Source of the DNA: Elusimicrobiota bacterium
Lineage (GTDB): Bacteria > Elusimicrobiota > Elusimicrobia > UBA1565 > UBA9628
Reading direction: 5' to 3'
DNA: 54,153 bases
Assembly (NCBI GenBank): GCA_038059415.1
Contig: JBBTJN010000179.1
Coordinates: forward strand, 1-54,153
The notes under the pieces are model-generated. The model was not told the DNA's origin, searched no databases, and saw nothing but the letters and a program-made list of their open reading frames with translations. Both the position numbers and the translations under genes were made by a program. Every line of letters starts with the position of its first letter. Position 1 is the stretch's first letter. Below, in pieces: positions 16,283-26,265 of the stretch.

Positions 16283-17042
16283 GGCTCTGCCTGCTCATCA
16301 ATGCGGCGCCCAGCGCCCCCACGAATTGCGCCTGCGGCGCGACGAACGGCGCCCTGCCGAGCTTCTCGGCTAGAATGTCGGCGATGACGGGATGGGTCGC
16401 GATGACGCCGCCGCTGAGCGCCACCTCTCCGTCCAAAGGATCCATCTCCAGTATCCTTTTGACGACGGATTCATAGCAGCCGCGAAGAATCCCCTCCGGG
16501 CTCGCCCCCTCCCGGATGTGGTGTATGATCTCGGTGCAGGTAAATACGGTGCAGTAGCTGCCGATCTCTACGGCCTTGCCGGCCCGGCGCGCCATCGCGC
16601 TGATCGCCTCCGGCGCCACGTCGAGGCGGCGCGCGATCTCCTCCAGGAACGCGCCCGTGCCGGCGGCGCACTTTCGGTTCATCTTGAAATCGAGCTGGCA
16701 GCCGCCCTCATCCACGCGGACGACCTTATTGTCCTGCCCCCCGATGTCGACGACGACGTGAGGCCGAGGGAGGTGGTGGTAGCTGCCGCGCGCGATGCAG
16801 GAAATCTCGGTCTTGGTCGGGGGCTTCTGGAGGCAGCGCGAACGCCCGACCCCGGTCGCCACGACCCACGAGCTCGGCGTCCCTTTTGCGGCGGTCTCCT
16901 CGAGAGCTCGCCGCGACGCGCTCTCGAAATCCATTCCCGTCTTAAGGACATGTGTCGCGAGAATCATCGCCTCCGAGTCGATCACGACCGCCTTGGTGAA
17001 CGACGAGCCGATGTCCACCCCCGTAAAGCGCATGCTCGCCAT
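16263..17042 (-). CDS. ATP-dependent [4Fe-4S] activase (HgdC / BadF-BadG-BcrA-BcrD family)
   Basis: GVDIGSSFTK, ATGVGR, TEISCIARG, DIGGQD, MNRKCAAGTG, CTVF, GALGAA. Confidence 0.9.
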   Translation of the reverse strand: MASMRFTGVDIGSSFTKAVVIDSEAMILATHVLKTGMDFESASRRALEETAAKGTPSSWVVATGVGRSRCLQKPPTKTEISCIARGSYHHLPRPHVVVDIGGQDNKVVRVDEGGCQLDFKMNRKCAAGTGAFLEEIARRLDVAPEAISAMARRAGKAVEIGSYCTVFTCTEIIHHIREGASPEGILRGCYESVVKRILEMDPLDGEVALSGGVIATHPVIADILAEKLGRAPFVAPQAQFVGALGAALMSRQSHATNAA

Positions 17043-17046
17043 GGCG

Positions 17047-18294
17047 TCAGCCCCGAGGGGCCCGAGCCGCAAGCTGCTCAGCCAACGCCTCGACCGTGGT
17101 TTCGGTCTGGTCTTCGGAAAAACAGCGCAGATCGCAGAGGTCGCCGTAGAGCGTCGTCGAGGCTACGCCGTGGCCCTCGAGCAGGCGCTGGGGCAGCCCG
17201 AAGCGGGAATTCGTGTTGTAGGGGCAGGTCTTCGCCTCATGGAAGAGAATCGCATCGATGGAATACGCCTTGACGGCATCGACGAGGTAGGACTCCTTGT
17301 AGTCCTCGCTGCGGTTGATGAAGACCTTGAGGTTCGCCTCGGCCATGGATTCAAACGGCCTCCGGCAGTCGAGCTCGTCGAAGACCCAGGAGAGGCAGTA
17401 GGTCGAAGCGACGGCGCAGATCTTCAGGCGCGTAAAGAGATCGGAGAAGAAACGCAGCTTGCCCCAATTGGGCATCCCGTCCCAATAGAACCGCAGGCGC
17501 TCCCCCTCAACGGCCGCGATGCCATCGCGAACCAGCGCTTCGGCTTCCTCGACCAAGCCCCGATAGTAGTCGCGCGTCGCCTCCTTGCCGCGCATCACGA
17601 CGATGGGCGCCATGTGGATCGTCGCGTCAAAGAACGTGATCGGCGACGGCCGAGCGCGTCCCGTCTCAAGAAAACGCTTCCAATGTGCGCTCGCCTGCGA
17701 GGAAAGCTTGACGACCTCCGCCAGCCGCGCGCGGTTGAGCGGCGCGCCGGCGATCGGCGCGAGAGTCACGGCCATGCGCTCAAGCTGCTGAGCCACGTCG
17801 GCGATGGACTCGGGGCCGACCGTGCCGGCCTTCCAGGGAGAATGGATCCCAAGCACGGGAACGCCGAACTCCCTCCCGTAAAAAGAAAACCAATCCTGGA
17901 CCTCGCGGCACTGGCTCGTGTTATAGACGAGGACGTCGGGCTTAGGCGGGGCGTCGATGCCGTAGGCATCTTTCAGAGGAGACTCGCCCCGCAGATGCGC
18001 CCCGATGTCGGCCGTCAGATACGAGCAGATGTCCGGCGAATATCCCTTCGCGTTGGCCTGCCCGATGAAGCCCGTGGCCAGGCGGCGCGCGCCCAGAAGC
18101 GCGCCGTGGTTCTCGGGGAAGTAGAGATGAAAGCCCATCGCCTCCAGGAGTTCGACGGGGCCCGCGCTCGTGCACCAAGCGACTTTCCGGGCGGGGTCCT
18201 TGCCCGCAGCGTCCAGGCCTGCGTAGTAATCCTTGAGAAGGACGTCAAGCTTTTGCCTCGATGCCCGGAGCCGCGAAGATTTTTCTGACGCCAT
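17047..18294 (-). CDS. 2-hydroxyacyl-CoA dehydratase / class I benzoyl-CoA reductase-family subunit
   Basis: [24 protein letters not shown] and KTC cluster cysteines, C-terminal [20 protein letters not shown] 18294 has an upstream GGAGG. Confidence 0.85.
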   Translation of the reverse strand: MASEKSSRLRASRQKLDVLLKDYYAGLDAAGKDPARKVAWCTSAGPVELLEAMGFHLYFPENHGALLGARRLATGFIGQANAKGYSPDICSYLTADIGAHLRGESPLKDAYGIDAPPKPDVLVYNTSQCREVQDWFSFYGREFGVPVLGIHSPWKAGTVGPESIADVAQQLERMAVTLAPIAGAPLNRARLAEVVKLSSQASAHWKRFLETGRARPSPITFFDATIHMAPIVVMRGKEATRDYYRGLVEEAEALVRDGIAAVEGERLRFYWDGMPNWGKLRFFSDLFTRLKICAVASTYCLSWVFDELDCRRPFESMAEANLKVFINRSEDYKESYLVDAVKAYSIDAILFHEAKTCPYNTNSRFGLPQRLLEGHGVASTTLYGDLCDLRCFSEDQTETTVEALAEQLAARAPRG

Positions 18295-18295
18295 C

Positions 18296-20245
18296 CTACC
18301 TCCCGGTGAACGCCGGCGGCCGCCGCTCAAGCAATGCGGCAAGCCCTTCGCGCGCGTCTTGGGTCGAGAATATTTCACGAATCCGGCCGAGCTCCAGGGT
18401 GAGCCCTTCATCGAGGCTGACCCGCAATCCGGCGTCGATAAGCTCATTGGCCGTCTTCAGCGCCCGGGGGGCCTTCTTCGCCAGGCCCAAGAGGGCTTTG
18501 GCCAAAGTCGGATCCGCGCCGTCGACAGGCTTGCCGGCGAGAAGATCGGGGATGCGTCCGTCGGCGAAGGCCTCGCGGACCTTCGCGAAGCCGGGCCCCG
18601 GCTCAGGGCGTTCCCGCGGCGACACGCCGGAGCCGGCTAAACGCTTGGCGTGCTCCAGAGCCTGGTCCGGCGGGAGCACGGCGTCCGCCAGCCCCAACGC
18701 GACCGCCTCTTGTGCCCCGAGAGGGGTCCCGGTGAAGATGTAGAACTTGGCCAGTTCCTTGCCGACGAGGCGCGGCAGCCTCTGGGTTCCGCCCAGGCCG
18801 GGGTAGATCCCTAAAGAAGTCTCCGGAAGCCGGAACATCGCCTTCGGCGTGACGACGCGCGCGCGGCAGGCCAGGGCCAGTTCCGTGCCGCCCCCCAAGG
18901 CGGCCCCATCGACGAGGGCGACCACCGGCTTGGCCGAAGCTTCGATGAGGCGCAGAAGATCCGAGCCGAAGCGGGTGAAGCGAAGAATGCCGTCGAAATC
19001 CCCCGTCTCAATGGAGCGGGCGAAGAACTTCACGTCCGCCCCGGCCATGAACGCTTTCCCCCTCCCCTCGAGAACGATTCCGCGCACATCGGGATCCGCC
19101 TGCGCCGCGACGACGGCGTCTCTCAGCTGCACGGCCAAGACCTCATCGAGCGCGTTCAAGGTCTCGGGACGGTTGAGCACGATGCGCGCCACGCCGTCTT
19201 CCTTGATGAGTTCCACGTAACGGAGATCCCATTTCTTCAGACCGAGCCGGTTCATCTCCTCAAACGGCCCGCGCGCCCAGCGCAGGCCGATGCGCGCCCC
19301 GCGATCGATGTCCTCGCGCGTGGCGCCGCCCTCATCGGCCAAAGCGGCGGCGACCTGAAACACCACGCCCCAGAGCCTCTCGGCGACGGCGTCAAACCGC
19401 TCGGGCTTGGGCTCTCCGGCGATGATCCAGGGGACGTTGGCCGCGGTCTGCTTCTTGAGTATCTCCGCCGGAGCGTAGAACGCCCCCAGCGGACGGCTGA
19501 GTCCCTCGGCGGCGTGGCAGGCGATCGGCACGCCCGTGGCGTTCATGAGCGCGAAGGGCCCCATGCCGACGGCGAAGGCGCGCTCGGCCGCCGCGTCGAT
19601 CGTGGCCATGTCCGCGGTCTTGTCCTCAAGCATGCGCGCGGCCTCGTTGAGCCAGGGCACGAAGAAGCGGTTGACCGCGAAGCCGGGGCAGTCGCGCACC
19701 GTGATGGGCGTCTTGCCCATCGCCCGCGCGAAGGCCAGCACGGCCGCGAAGGCCGCGGGCTCGGTCCCCTCGATGGGGATGATCTCGACGAGGCGGTTCT
19801 TCACGGGATGGAAGAAAAAGTGCATGCCGAGAAAGCGCGCCGGGCGGCGCGTCGAACGCGCCAGATCGGCCACCGAAAGCGACGACGTGTTCGAGGCGAA
19901 GATGGCGTCCGCTCGGACGATCCCGTCGAGGCGGGAGAAGAGGTCTTTCTTGGCCTTCTCGTCCTCGAAAATGGCCTCGATGACAAGATCGGCGTCCTTG
20001 AGCCGCGCGAGGTCCGTCGTGAACGTCATGCGCTCGAGCGTGGCCTGCGCGTCCTCGGGGCGAAGAACGCGCCGCTTCTGTCCTTCCTCCAGCAGACCTT
20101 CTATGGCCTTGCGGGCCTTCTCCAGATAGGCCGCCCCCTGGTCGACGAGCACCACGCGCGCGCCCTCCATGGCCATCTTCTGGGCGATACCGCCGCCCAT
20201 CGTCCCCGCCCCGACGACGCCCACCGTGCGGATTTCCTGAATCAT
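18296..20245 (-). CDS. 3-hydroxyacyl-CoA dehydrogenase fused to a C-terminal enoyl-CoA hydratase
   Basis: [33 protein letters not shown], followed by [25 protein letters not shown] and LPETSLG. Confidence 0.9.
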   Translation of the reverse strand: MIQEIRTVGVVGAGTMGGGIAQKMAMEGARVVLVDQGAAYLEKARKAIEGLLEEGQKRRVLRPEDAQATLERMTFTTDLARLKDADLVIEAIFEDEKAKKDLFSRLDGIVRADAIFASNTSSLSVADLARSTRRPARFLGMHFFFHPVKNRLVEIIPIEGTEPAAFAAVLAFARAMGKTPITVRDCPGFAVNRFFVPWLNEAARMLEDKTADMATIDAAAERAFAVGMGPFALMNATGVPIACHAAEGLSRPLGAFYAPAEILKKQTAANVPWIIAGEPKPERFDAVAERLWGVVFQVAAALADEGGATREDIDRGARIGLRWARGPFEEMNRLGLKKWDLRYVELIKEDGVARIVLNRPETLNALDEVLAVQLRDAVVAAQADPDVRGIVLEGRGKAFMAGADVKFFARSIETGDFDGILRFTRFGSDLLRLIEASAKPVVALVDGAALGGGTELALACRARVVTPKAMFRLPETSLGIYPGLGGTQRLPRLVGKELAKFYIFTGTPLGAQEAVALGLADAVLPPDQALEHAKRLAGSGVSPRERPEPGPGFAKVREAFADGRIPDLLAGKPVDGADPTLAKALLGLAKKAPRALKTANELIDAGLRVSLDEGLTLELGRIREIFSTQDAREGLAALLERRPPAFTGR

Positions 20246-21198
20246 GAGCACCCCTTGTTCTGAATGTGGTATTCGAGGCCCTTGATCAGGGCCGTGACCG
20301 TCTGGTTGTAGGGGACGGCGACCCCGGCGCGAACGCCTCGCTCGGCGATGCCGCCGTTGAGGAAATCGATCTCCGTCTTGCGCCGGTTTTCGCAGTCGGC
20401 GCACATCGAGGGTTTGTGCGGCCCGGCCTTATTGAGATAGTCGACGCAGTACTGGAAGAAGCCCGCGGGGAAGCTCACGCCCTCCGTCGCGGCGACCGCC
20501 ATCCCCTCACGGATGATGCCCTCGGCGAGGGCGCGCAAAGGCGGCATCCCCATGACGTCCGCGATGGTCAGGTTGGTCAGGGAGCTGATGGCGCACAGGG
20601 CGGAGTTCAGTATCACCTTCTCCCACACCTGGAACTGGATATTATCGCTGTACTGGGTCGCCAGCCCCGCGGCCGTCAGGACCGCCGCGAGCTCGCGCGC
20701 GGCGGGGACGCTGCCGGGCTCGAACGCGCCCATATGGTTCGGGGAATTAAAGAACCCCACCCCGACGGTTTGCGCATCGACGATGCGGCCGGCATAATTG
20801 ATGACGACTCTCATGACGTTCTTTCGCGTCCCGAGCGCCTGCGCGATGACTTCCTCGGTGCCCAAGCCGTTCTGGAAGCTGACGACGATGAGCCTATCGT
20901 TCTTGAGGGCCTTCACATCCCCCATGACCTCATCAAGAATGCAGGCCTTGATGGATAAGAACAGGATTTCGGGCGGCTTGCTGCGGAGTTCCGAGAGGGA
21001 CTGGTAGACTTCCCCGACCGGAACGACGAAGTCGCCGGAGATGCAGCGGCGCGGGTCCGAAATCTTGACCCCCGAACGCTTGAGCTGCGCGACGCGCTCG
21101 GGCGAGGCGTCGACCAAGACGGTCTCCTCGCCCTTCTTGAGCAGATGGCCGGCCAGTATGCTGCCGACGACTCCCGTTCCCACGACCGCGATTCTCAT
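20242..21198 (-). CDS. panE: 2-dehydropantoate 2-reductase family protein
   Basis: GTGVVG, FQNGLG, WEKVILN, PSM..D, TEIDFLNG, PYN. Confidence 0.85.
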   Translation of the reverse strand: MRIAVVGTGVVGSILAGHLLKKGEETVLVDASPERVAQLKRSGVKISDPRRCISGDFVVPVGEVYQSLSELRSKPPEILFLSIKACILDEVMGDVKALKNDRLIVVSFQNGLGTEEVIAQALGTRKNVMRVVINYAGRIVDAQTVGVGFFNSPNHMGAFEPGSVPAARELAAVLTAAGLATQYSDNIQFQVWEKVILNSALCAISSLTNLTIADVMGMPPLRALAEGIIREGMAVAATEGVSFPAGFFQYCVDYLNKAGPHKPSMCADCENRRKTEIDFLNGGIAERGVRAGVAVPYNQTVTALIKGLEYHIQNKGCS

Positions 21199-21208
21199 CG
21201 TTTTCCCC

Positions 21209-22189
21209 TCATGCCAGACCCGTCAATTCCCGCAGCGCCCGCGCGACGAATACCCCGGCCATGCGCCTGCGGTAGGCCGCCGGGAAATCCGCGTTCGCCA
21301 CCGGGCGCGCCCGGCGCACGGCGGCGCTCGCCGCCGCGGACACGCGCTCAAGAGTCGGCTTGCCGCCCGCCATCAACGCCGCCGCCTCGTCGGCGATGAT
21401 GGGTGACGAGGCCAAAGCGCCCAGAACGATTCGGCACGCCGAAACCACCCCGCCCTTCATTTGCAGGGAAACCGCGACTCCGAGCGCCGCGAAATCAAAA
21501 GAGCCGCGTCGACGGAGCTTGCGATAGGTCGAAAGTCGCGGGCTTAAGTCAAGCTCGACTGCGGCGATCAGCTCTCCCGGCGCCAGCCGCAGGAAACGCG
21601 CTCCCGTGTCCTGGTAAATAGACTCCAAGGCCGCCTCGCGTTCGCCGGCGAGGCCGACAATCCGCACGTTCGCTCCCAGCGCGATGAGGGCCGGCTGCAG
21701 GTCCCCCGAGGCGACGGCAAAGCAGCGCTCGGAGCCGACGGCGGCCCGGCACGGCGCCTCTTGGTCCGTCTTGAGGCAGAAGCCCGAGGCCTCGCGCCAG
21801 GAACCGCTCTGATCGTAGAAGCTACAGCGGGTGTCGAGGGCAAGATTGCCCCCGACGGTGGCCGAAGATCTTATCTGCGGCGTGGCCACGCAGGCCGCGG
21901 CCTCGCGCAGGGCAGTCAAGCTCGCCAGGACGGGAGACTCAAGCAGATCCTCGATACGGGTCCCCGCGCCGATGACCACCCGGTCGCCGCGCCGTTTAAC
22001 GCCGGAGAAGCCCTTGACTCGGCTTAGGTCCACGAGCGTGCGCGGCCGCAATTGGCGCCGCTTGAGTTTGGGCACGAGGTCGGTGCCGCCGGCGAACGCC
22101 GCCCCCTCGGGCCCGGCCTCGGCCAAGAGTCGCGCCGCCTCAGCGAGGCTGAGCGGAGAGACGATGCATATCTTGGGCAGCCTAAGCAT
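21209..22189 (-). CDS. hcrB: 4-hydroxybenzoyl-CoA reductase beta-like subunit (FAD, [4Fe-4S])
   Basis: AGGTDL, ATVGGNL and the four-Cys insertion RC.FYDQS..WR....FCLK.....C.......RCFA characteristic of HcrB; RRRGSFDF. Confidence 0.8.
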   Translation of the reverse strand: MLRLPKICIVSPLSLAEAARLLAEAGPEGAAFAGGTDLVPKLKRRQLRPRTLVDLSRVKGFSGVKRRGDRVVIGAGTRIEDLLESPVLASLTALREAAACVATPQIRSSATVGGNLALDTRCSFYDQSGSWREASGFCLKTDQEAPCRAAVGSERCFAVASGDLQPALIALGANVRIVGLAGEREAALESIYQDTGARFLRLAPGELIAAVELDLSPRLSTYRKLRRRGSFDFAALGVAVSLQMKGGVVSACRIVLGALASSPIIADEAAALMAGGKPTLERVSAAASAAVRRARPVANADFPAAYRRRMAGVFVARALRELTGLA

Positions 22190-24446
22190 CTTGGCGCACT
22201 CGAATGGGCTCGGGAAACAGGACTTCCGGGAAACGGTCCGGACCCAGCCGCCCCGAGCCCCCGCGGGCCTTCGCGTCGAGCGCCTCCAGCACCTTTTCCG
22301 GCGTGAAGGGAGTCGAGTCGATGCGCACGCCCACGGCGTCGTAAATGGCGTTGGCGACGGCCGGGATGATGGGAATCAGAGGACCCTGCCCGACCTCCTT
22401 GGCGCCGAAGGGGCCGCCGGGGTCATTGGACTCCACGAGATGAATATCGAGCTCGGGCATCTCGAAAAGACCGGGAACCTTGTAGTCGAGAAGCGACGGC
22501 TTGCGGTGCAGTCCGCTGGAATGAAAGACCTGCTCCTCGCAAAGCGCTTCCCCCAGCCCCATGTGGATGCCGCCCTCGATCTGCCCGAGGACGCAGGCCC
22601 GGTTGAGCGCACGCCCGATATCGTGGGCGAAATGTATCTTCTCCACTCGCACGAATCCCGTCTCGCAGTCGCAGCGCACCGAAGCCACGCAGGCGGAGAA
22701 ACTGTAGGCCGGCGAGACCCCGACGCCCGAGCCCTTGAACGTGCCGAACTTCTTGGGCGGGGTGTAGCTGCCCCAGGCCTCCAGGGTCTTGGTCTTCTCG
22801 AGCGCTATGCGCAGGGCGGCCTCGAAAGACAAGCGGGGTCCGGCCAACCGCGACACTTCCGCCTTGAGGTTTTCGGCCGCTTGCTTGGCGGCATTGCCCG
22901 CCATGTAGGTCACACGGCTGGAATAGGAGCCGAGATCGAGCGGCGTCAGTTCGGTATCGGCCGCCACCAGGCGGATGCGCTGCGGAGAGATTCCCAGCAC
23001 CTCGGCCGCCACCGTGACCACCACGGTGTCGGAGCCTTGCCCGATGTCGGTCGCGCCCGAATAGAGCGTCAGCACGCCGCCGGCCGTCGCCTCGATACGG
23101 ATGCGGGAGTGAGGGCCTTCGTTCCAGTAGATGGGAACGCCGGCTCCGGAAAGGTAAGAGCCCAGCGCGAAGCCGAGTCCCCGCCCGTGCGGCAGGCGGC
23201 CGTAACGTCGGCGAAAGTCCGAGGCCTTGGCCACCTTCTCAACGCACTCGCGCAGGCCGTTGGAGCCGATGCGAAGCATGTTGACGGTGATGGAATCGGG
23301 CGTGGTCAGGTTCTTGAGGCGCAGATCCACGGGGTTTATGCCCAGCTGTTCGGCCGCCTTGTCGATGTGCACCTCGAGCGCGCAGCGCGGCTGGGGGATG
23401 CCGTGCCCGCGCTTGGGGCCGCAGGGAGGCTTGTTGGTCGAGAAACGCGCGGCCCGGAAACCGTAGTGAGGCAGGCGATAGGTGGTCGGCTGGAGCGCGC
23501 CGTGGTAGTAGGTGCAGACGATCCCGAAGCTCCCATAAGCGCCGCCGTCGAGGCAGGCCTCGAAATCGAGATCGAGTATCCGTCCGTCCTTGGCCCAGGC
23601 CGAGCGGATGCGCATCAGAGAGGGATGGCGCCCGCGATGGCAATAGAAGACCTCTTCGCGGGCGAGGGCGAACTTGACGGGACGTCCGGTCCGCCGAGCG
23701 AGTTCGGCGGCGCAGATATCATGGGAGAATGGGTCGAGCTTCCCGCCGAATCCCCCGCCCAGGCTGGGGACGATGACGCGCACCTTCTCTTCGGGCATCG
23801 CGAAGATCTTGGCGACGATCTGCCGAAGGTGAAAGGGGGTCTGGCTCGAGCACCGCAGCGTGAGCTTGCCGTCTTTCCAGACCGCGAGGGCGGCGTGTTC
23901 CTCCAGAGCCAGGTGCGTATTGCCCTCGTAAAAGAAAAGATCCGTGCGCTCCAGGGCGGGCGCCGACCCGGGCTTCTCGCCGAATTCATAGGCGATCGCC
24001 TTGTGCAGGCGGCCATCGGGCCCCGGAGGCTCTTGGGCCGCCTCCTCGATGCCGAGACAGGGAGTCAGCAGCCGATACGAGACGTCAATAAGCTCGAGCG
24101 CCCGCGCGGCGGTCTCCTCGTCGTCGGCGGCCACGGCCGCCACCGGCTCGCCTACATAACGCACGCGCCCGATGGCAAGGGCCGACTCATCCTGGCTGCT
24201 CGGGATGATGCCATAGCGGGCCGGAAGGTCGTCGCCCGTGATGATGGCGCGTACTCCCGCCAGCTTCGAAGCGCGCGAGATATCGATGGCGATAATCTCG
24301 GCGTAGGCGTGCGGACTGCGCAGGAGACGGCCATGGAGCATGCCGGGAAGGCTCAGGTCGTCGGTGTATTTCGCGCGCCCCGTCGCCTTCGCCAAGGCGT
24401 CGATCTTACGCAGGCTGCGACCGATATATTTATATCTTCGAGTCAC
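22182..24446 (-). CDS. hcrA: 4-hydroxybenzoyl-CoA reductase alpha-like subunit (xanthine oxidase family molybdopterin subunit)
   Basis: GGGFGGK, HRGRH, GPKRGHG, DLGSYSSRVT, GQIEGG, GAKEVGQG. Confidence 0.8.
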   Translation of the reverse strand: MTRRYKYIGRSLRKIDALAKATGRAKYTDDLSLPGMLHGRLLRSPHAYAEIIAIDISRASKLAGVRAIITGDDLPARYGIIPSSQDESALAIGRVRYVGEPVAAVAADDEETAARALELIDVSYRLLTPCLGIEEAAQEPPGPDGRLHKAIAYEFGEKPGSAPALERTDLFFYEGNTHLALEEHAALAVWKDGKLTLRCSSQTPFHLRQIVAKIFAMPEEKVRVIVPSLGGGFGGKLDPFSHDICAAELARRTGRPVKFALAREEVFYCHRGRHPSLMRIRSAWAKDGRILDLDFEACLDGGAYGSFGIVCTYYHGALQPTTYRLPHYGFRAARFSTNKPPCGPKRGHGIPQPRCALEVHIDKAAEQLGINPVDLRLKNLTTPDSITVNMLRIGSNGLRECVEKVAKASDFRRRYGRLPHGRGLGFALGSYLSGAGVPIYWNEGPHSRIRIEATAGGVLTLYSGATDIGQGSDTVVVTVAAEVLGISPQRIRLVAADTELTPLDLGSYSSRVTYMAGNAAKQAAENLKAEVSRLAGPRLSFEAALRIALEKTKTLEAWGSYTPPKKFGTFKGSGVGVSPAYSFSACVASVRCDCETGFVRVEKIHFAHDIGRALNRACVLGQIEGGIHMGLGEALCEEQVFHSSGLHRKPSLLDYKVPGLFEMPELDIHLVESNDPGGPFGAKEVGQGPLIPIIPAVANAIYDAVGVRIDSTPFTPEKVLEALDAKARGGSGRLGPDRFPEVLFPEPIRVRQDA

Positions 24447-24933
24447 GAGACCTTCTTTTCATCTTCCGGGCGGCCAGCCCGACGGCCTCCAGAATCCGGT
24501 AGTATCCGGTGCACCTGCAGAGATTGCCCGAGAGAGCTTCCTTGGCGCAGTCCCCGCGCCCGTCGCAACGATGCCCTTTCTTCTCGAGATGGGCCTTGGC
24601 GGAGAGGATCATCCCCGGCGTGCAGTAACCGCACTGCACCGCCCCCGCGTCGGCGAAGGACTCGACGAGGGGATGTTTCTCGGAGACGCCTTCGATCGTC
24701 GTCACCGAACGCCCCTCCGCCCGGGACGCCACCGTGAGGCACGAGTAGACAGGCTTGCCGTCGAGCAAGACGGTGCAGGCCCCGCACTCGCCGAGCTCGC
24801 AGCCGTGCTTGGTGCCGGTGAGTTTCAGGTCCTCGCGGAGCACCTCGAGGAGGGTGCGGTGGGGCGAAACGCGCAGACTGCGGCGCTTGCCGTTCAATGT
24901 GAACCGGAGCGCGCGGCCAGAGGCGGCGCTCAC
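24430..24933 (-). CDS. hcrC: 4-hydroxybenzoyl-CoA reductase gamma-like subunit (2x[2Fe-2S])
   Basis: GTKHGCELGECGACTV...SCL, QCGYCTPG, GNLCRCTGY. GTG 24933 overlaps the thiolase stop. Confidence 0.85.
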   Translation of the reverse strand: MSAASGRALRFTLNGKRRSLRVSPHRTLLEVLREDLKLTGTKHGCELGECGACTVLLDGKPVYSCLTVASRAEGRSVTTIEGVSEKHPLVESFADAGAVQCGYCTPGMILSAKAHLEKKGHRCDGRGDCAKEALSGNLCRCTGYYRILEAVGLAARKMKRRSRDSKI

Positions 24934-26141
24934 GCCGCCTCCACGACGACGGCGATCCCTTGACCTCCGCCGATGCAGGCCGAGGCCACGCCGTAGCGCT
25001 TCTTGCGCCGGCGCAGCTCCAGAAGGACGGTCAGGATGAGGCGGGTTCCCGTGGCGGCCAAGGGATGCCCCAGAGCGATCGCCCCTCCGTTGACATTGAC
25101 CTTGTCCCGGTCGAGGCCGAGCGCCTTCTCGACGGCCAGGTACTGAGCGGCGAAGGCCTCGTTGATCTCGAAGAGGTCGATGTCCGCCAAAGCGAGGCCG
25201 GCGCGAGCGAGCGCCGCGCGGATGGCGGGGACCGGTCCGATGCCCATCTCCTTGGGGGAGACGCCGGCGGCCGCCCAGGACACCAGGCGACCCAGCACGG
25301 GCAGGCGCTTCTCGCGGACCGCGAGGCCCGAAGCCATGACCACGGCGCAGGCGCCGTCGACGACGCCGGAGGCGTTGCCGGCGGTCACGCAGCCTTCCTT
25401 GCCGAAGGCGGGCCGAAGTGCGGCGAGACTCTCGAGGGTGCCGTCTTCGACGCAATGGTCGTCCTCGGCGAAGCTACGCCCCTTGTCGAGGTCGACGGGC
25501 ACTATCTCCTCCTTGAGAAATCCCGCCTTCTTCGCGCGCGCCGCCTCGCGGCAACTGCGCAGGGAGAAGGCGTCCTGCTCCCGGCGGCTTATCCCGTGGA
25601 TGCGCGCGAGGTTCTCCGCGGTCTGGGCCATGTTGAGATCGGCGATGGGATCGTGGAGGGCGTTGAGGAAATAGTCCTCGAACTTGTAGTGGCCGAGCTT
25701 GACGACTCCGCGCAGGCCGCGCACGACGAACGGCGCCTGGCTGAGGTTCTCCGCGCCTCCCGCCGCGACGAACCGCGCGTCGCCCAGGCGGATGAGGGCG
25801 GAGGCGGACACGACGGACTGGATGCCGGTCCCGCAGATGCGCGCCACGCTCAGCGCGGGCACGCTCTCCGGGACGCCGGCGCCGAGAGCCACGTGGCGCG
25901 CGCCGTAGATGGCATCGGGGCTCGTCTGCAGGGCGTTGCCGAAGACGACGTGGTCGAGTTCGCTCGCCGCGACCCCCGACCTGGCGATCGCCCCGCGCAG
26001 AGCCGTCGAGCCCAGGCTCAGCGCCGATACGGACTTAAACGCCCCGCCGGGCTTGCCGACGCCATTCTTGCCCCCGGCCCATTCCGCGAACGGCGTCCTG
26101 ACGCCGGCCAGTATGCAGACGTCGGAATCGGACGGTTCCAC
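24930..26141 (-). CDS. Acetyl-CoA C-acyltransferase (thiolase)
   Basis: RICGTG, NEAFA, GAIALGHP, CIGGGQG. GTG 26141 has an upstream GGGAG; start uncertain. Confidence 0.9.
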   Translation of the reverse strand: MEPSDSDVCILAGVRTPFAEWAGGKNGVGKPGGAFKSVSALSLGSTALRGAIARSGVAASELDHVVFGNALQTSPDAIYGARHVALGAGVPESVPALSVARICGTGIQSVVSASALIRLGDARFVAAGGAENLSQAPFVVRGLRGVVKLGHYKFEDYFLNALHDPIADLNMAQTAENLARIHGISRREQDAFSLRSCREAARAKKAGFLKEEIVPVDLDKGRSFAEDDHCVEDGTLESLAALRPAFGKEGCVTAGNASGVVDGACAVVMASGLAVREKRLPVLGRLVSWAAAGVSPKEMGIGPVPAIRAALARAGLALADIDLFEINEAFAAQYLAVEKALGLDRDKVNVNGGAIALGHPLAATGTRLILTVLLELRRRKKRYGVASACIGGGQGIAVVVEAA

Positions 26142-26219
26142 TACGACGTCTCCCGCGGCGCAAATCTCGATTCGCTCATTTTGCCCGACACCATCATAGC
26201 GTAACGAAGCCGCCGACAG

Positions 26220-26265
26220 CAATGGAATGTTTACTCATAATTATATGTTGTAAAATGAGGCACCT
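26220..26265. promoter_or_regulatory. AT-rich divergent promoter with an imperfect palindrome
   Basis: TTTAC-TCATAATTATATGTT-GTAAA lies between the divergent thiolase and glutaryl-CoA dehydrogenase genes. Confidence 0.45.

Noticed and set aside
21831-24737. 968-aa plus-strand ORF, and similar long antisense ORFs (9023..11107, 4139..5752, 16795..18288, 27549..29054, 43485..44870)
   Set aside because: They lie opposite motif-rich genes and have no recognisable motifs. Stop-poor antisense frames are expected at this GC content.
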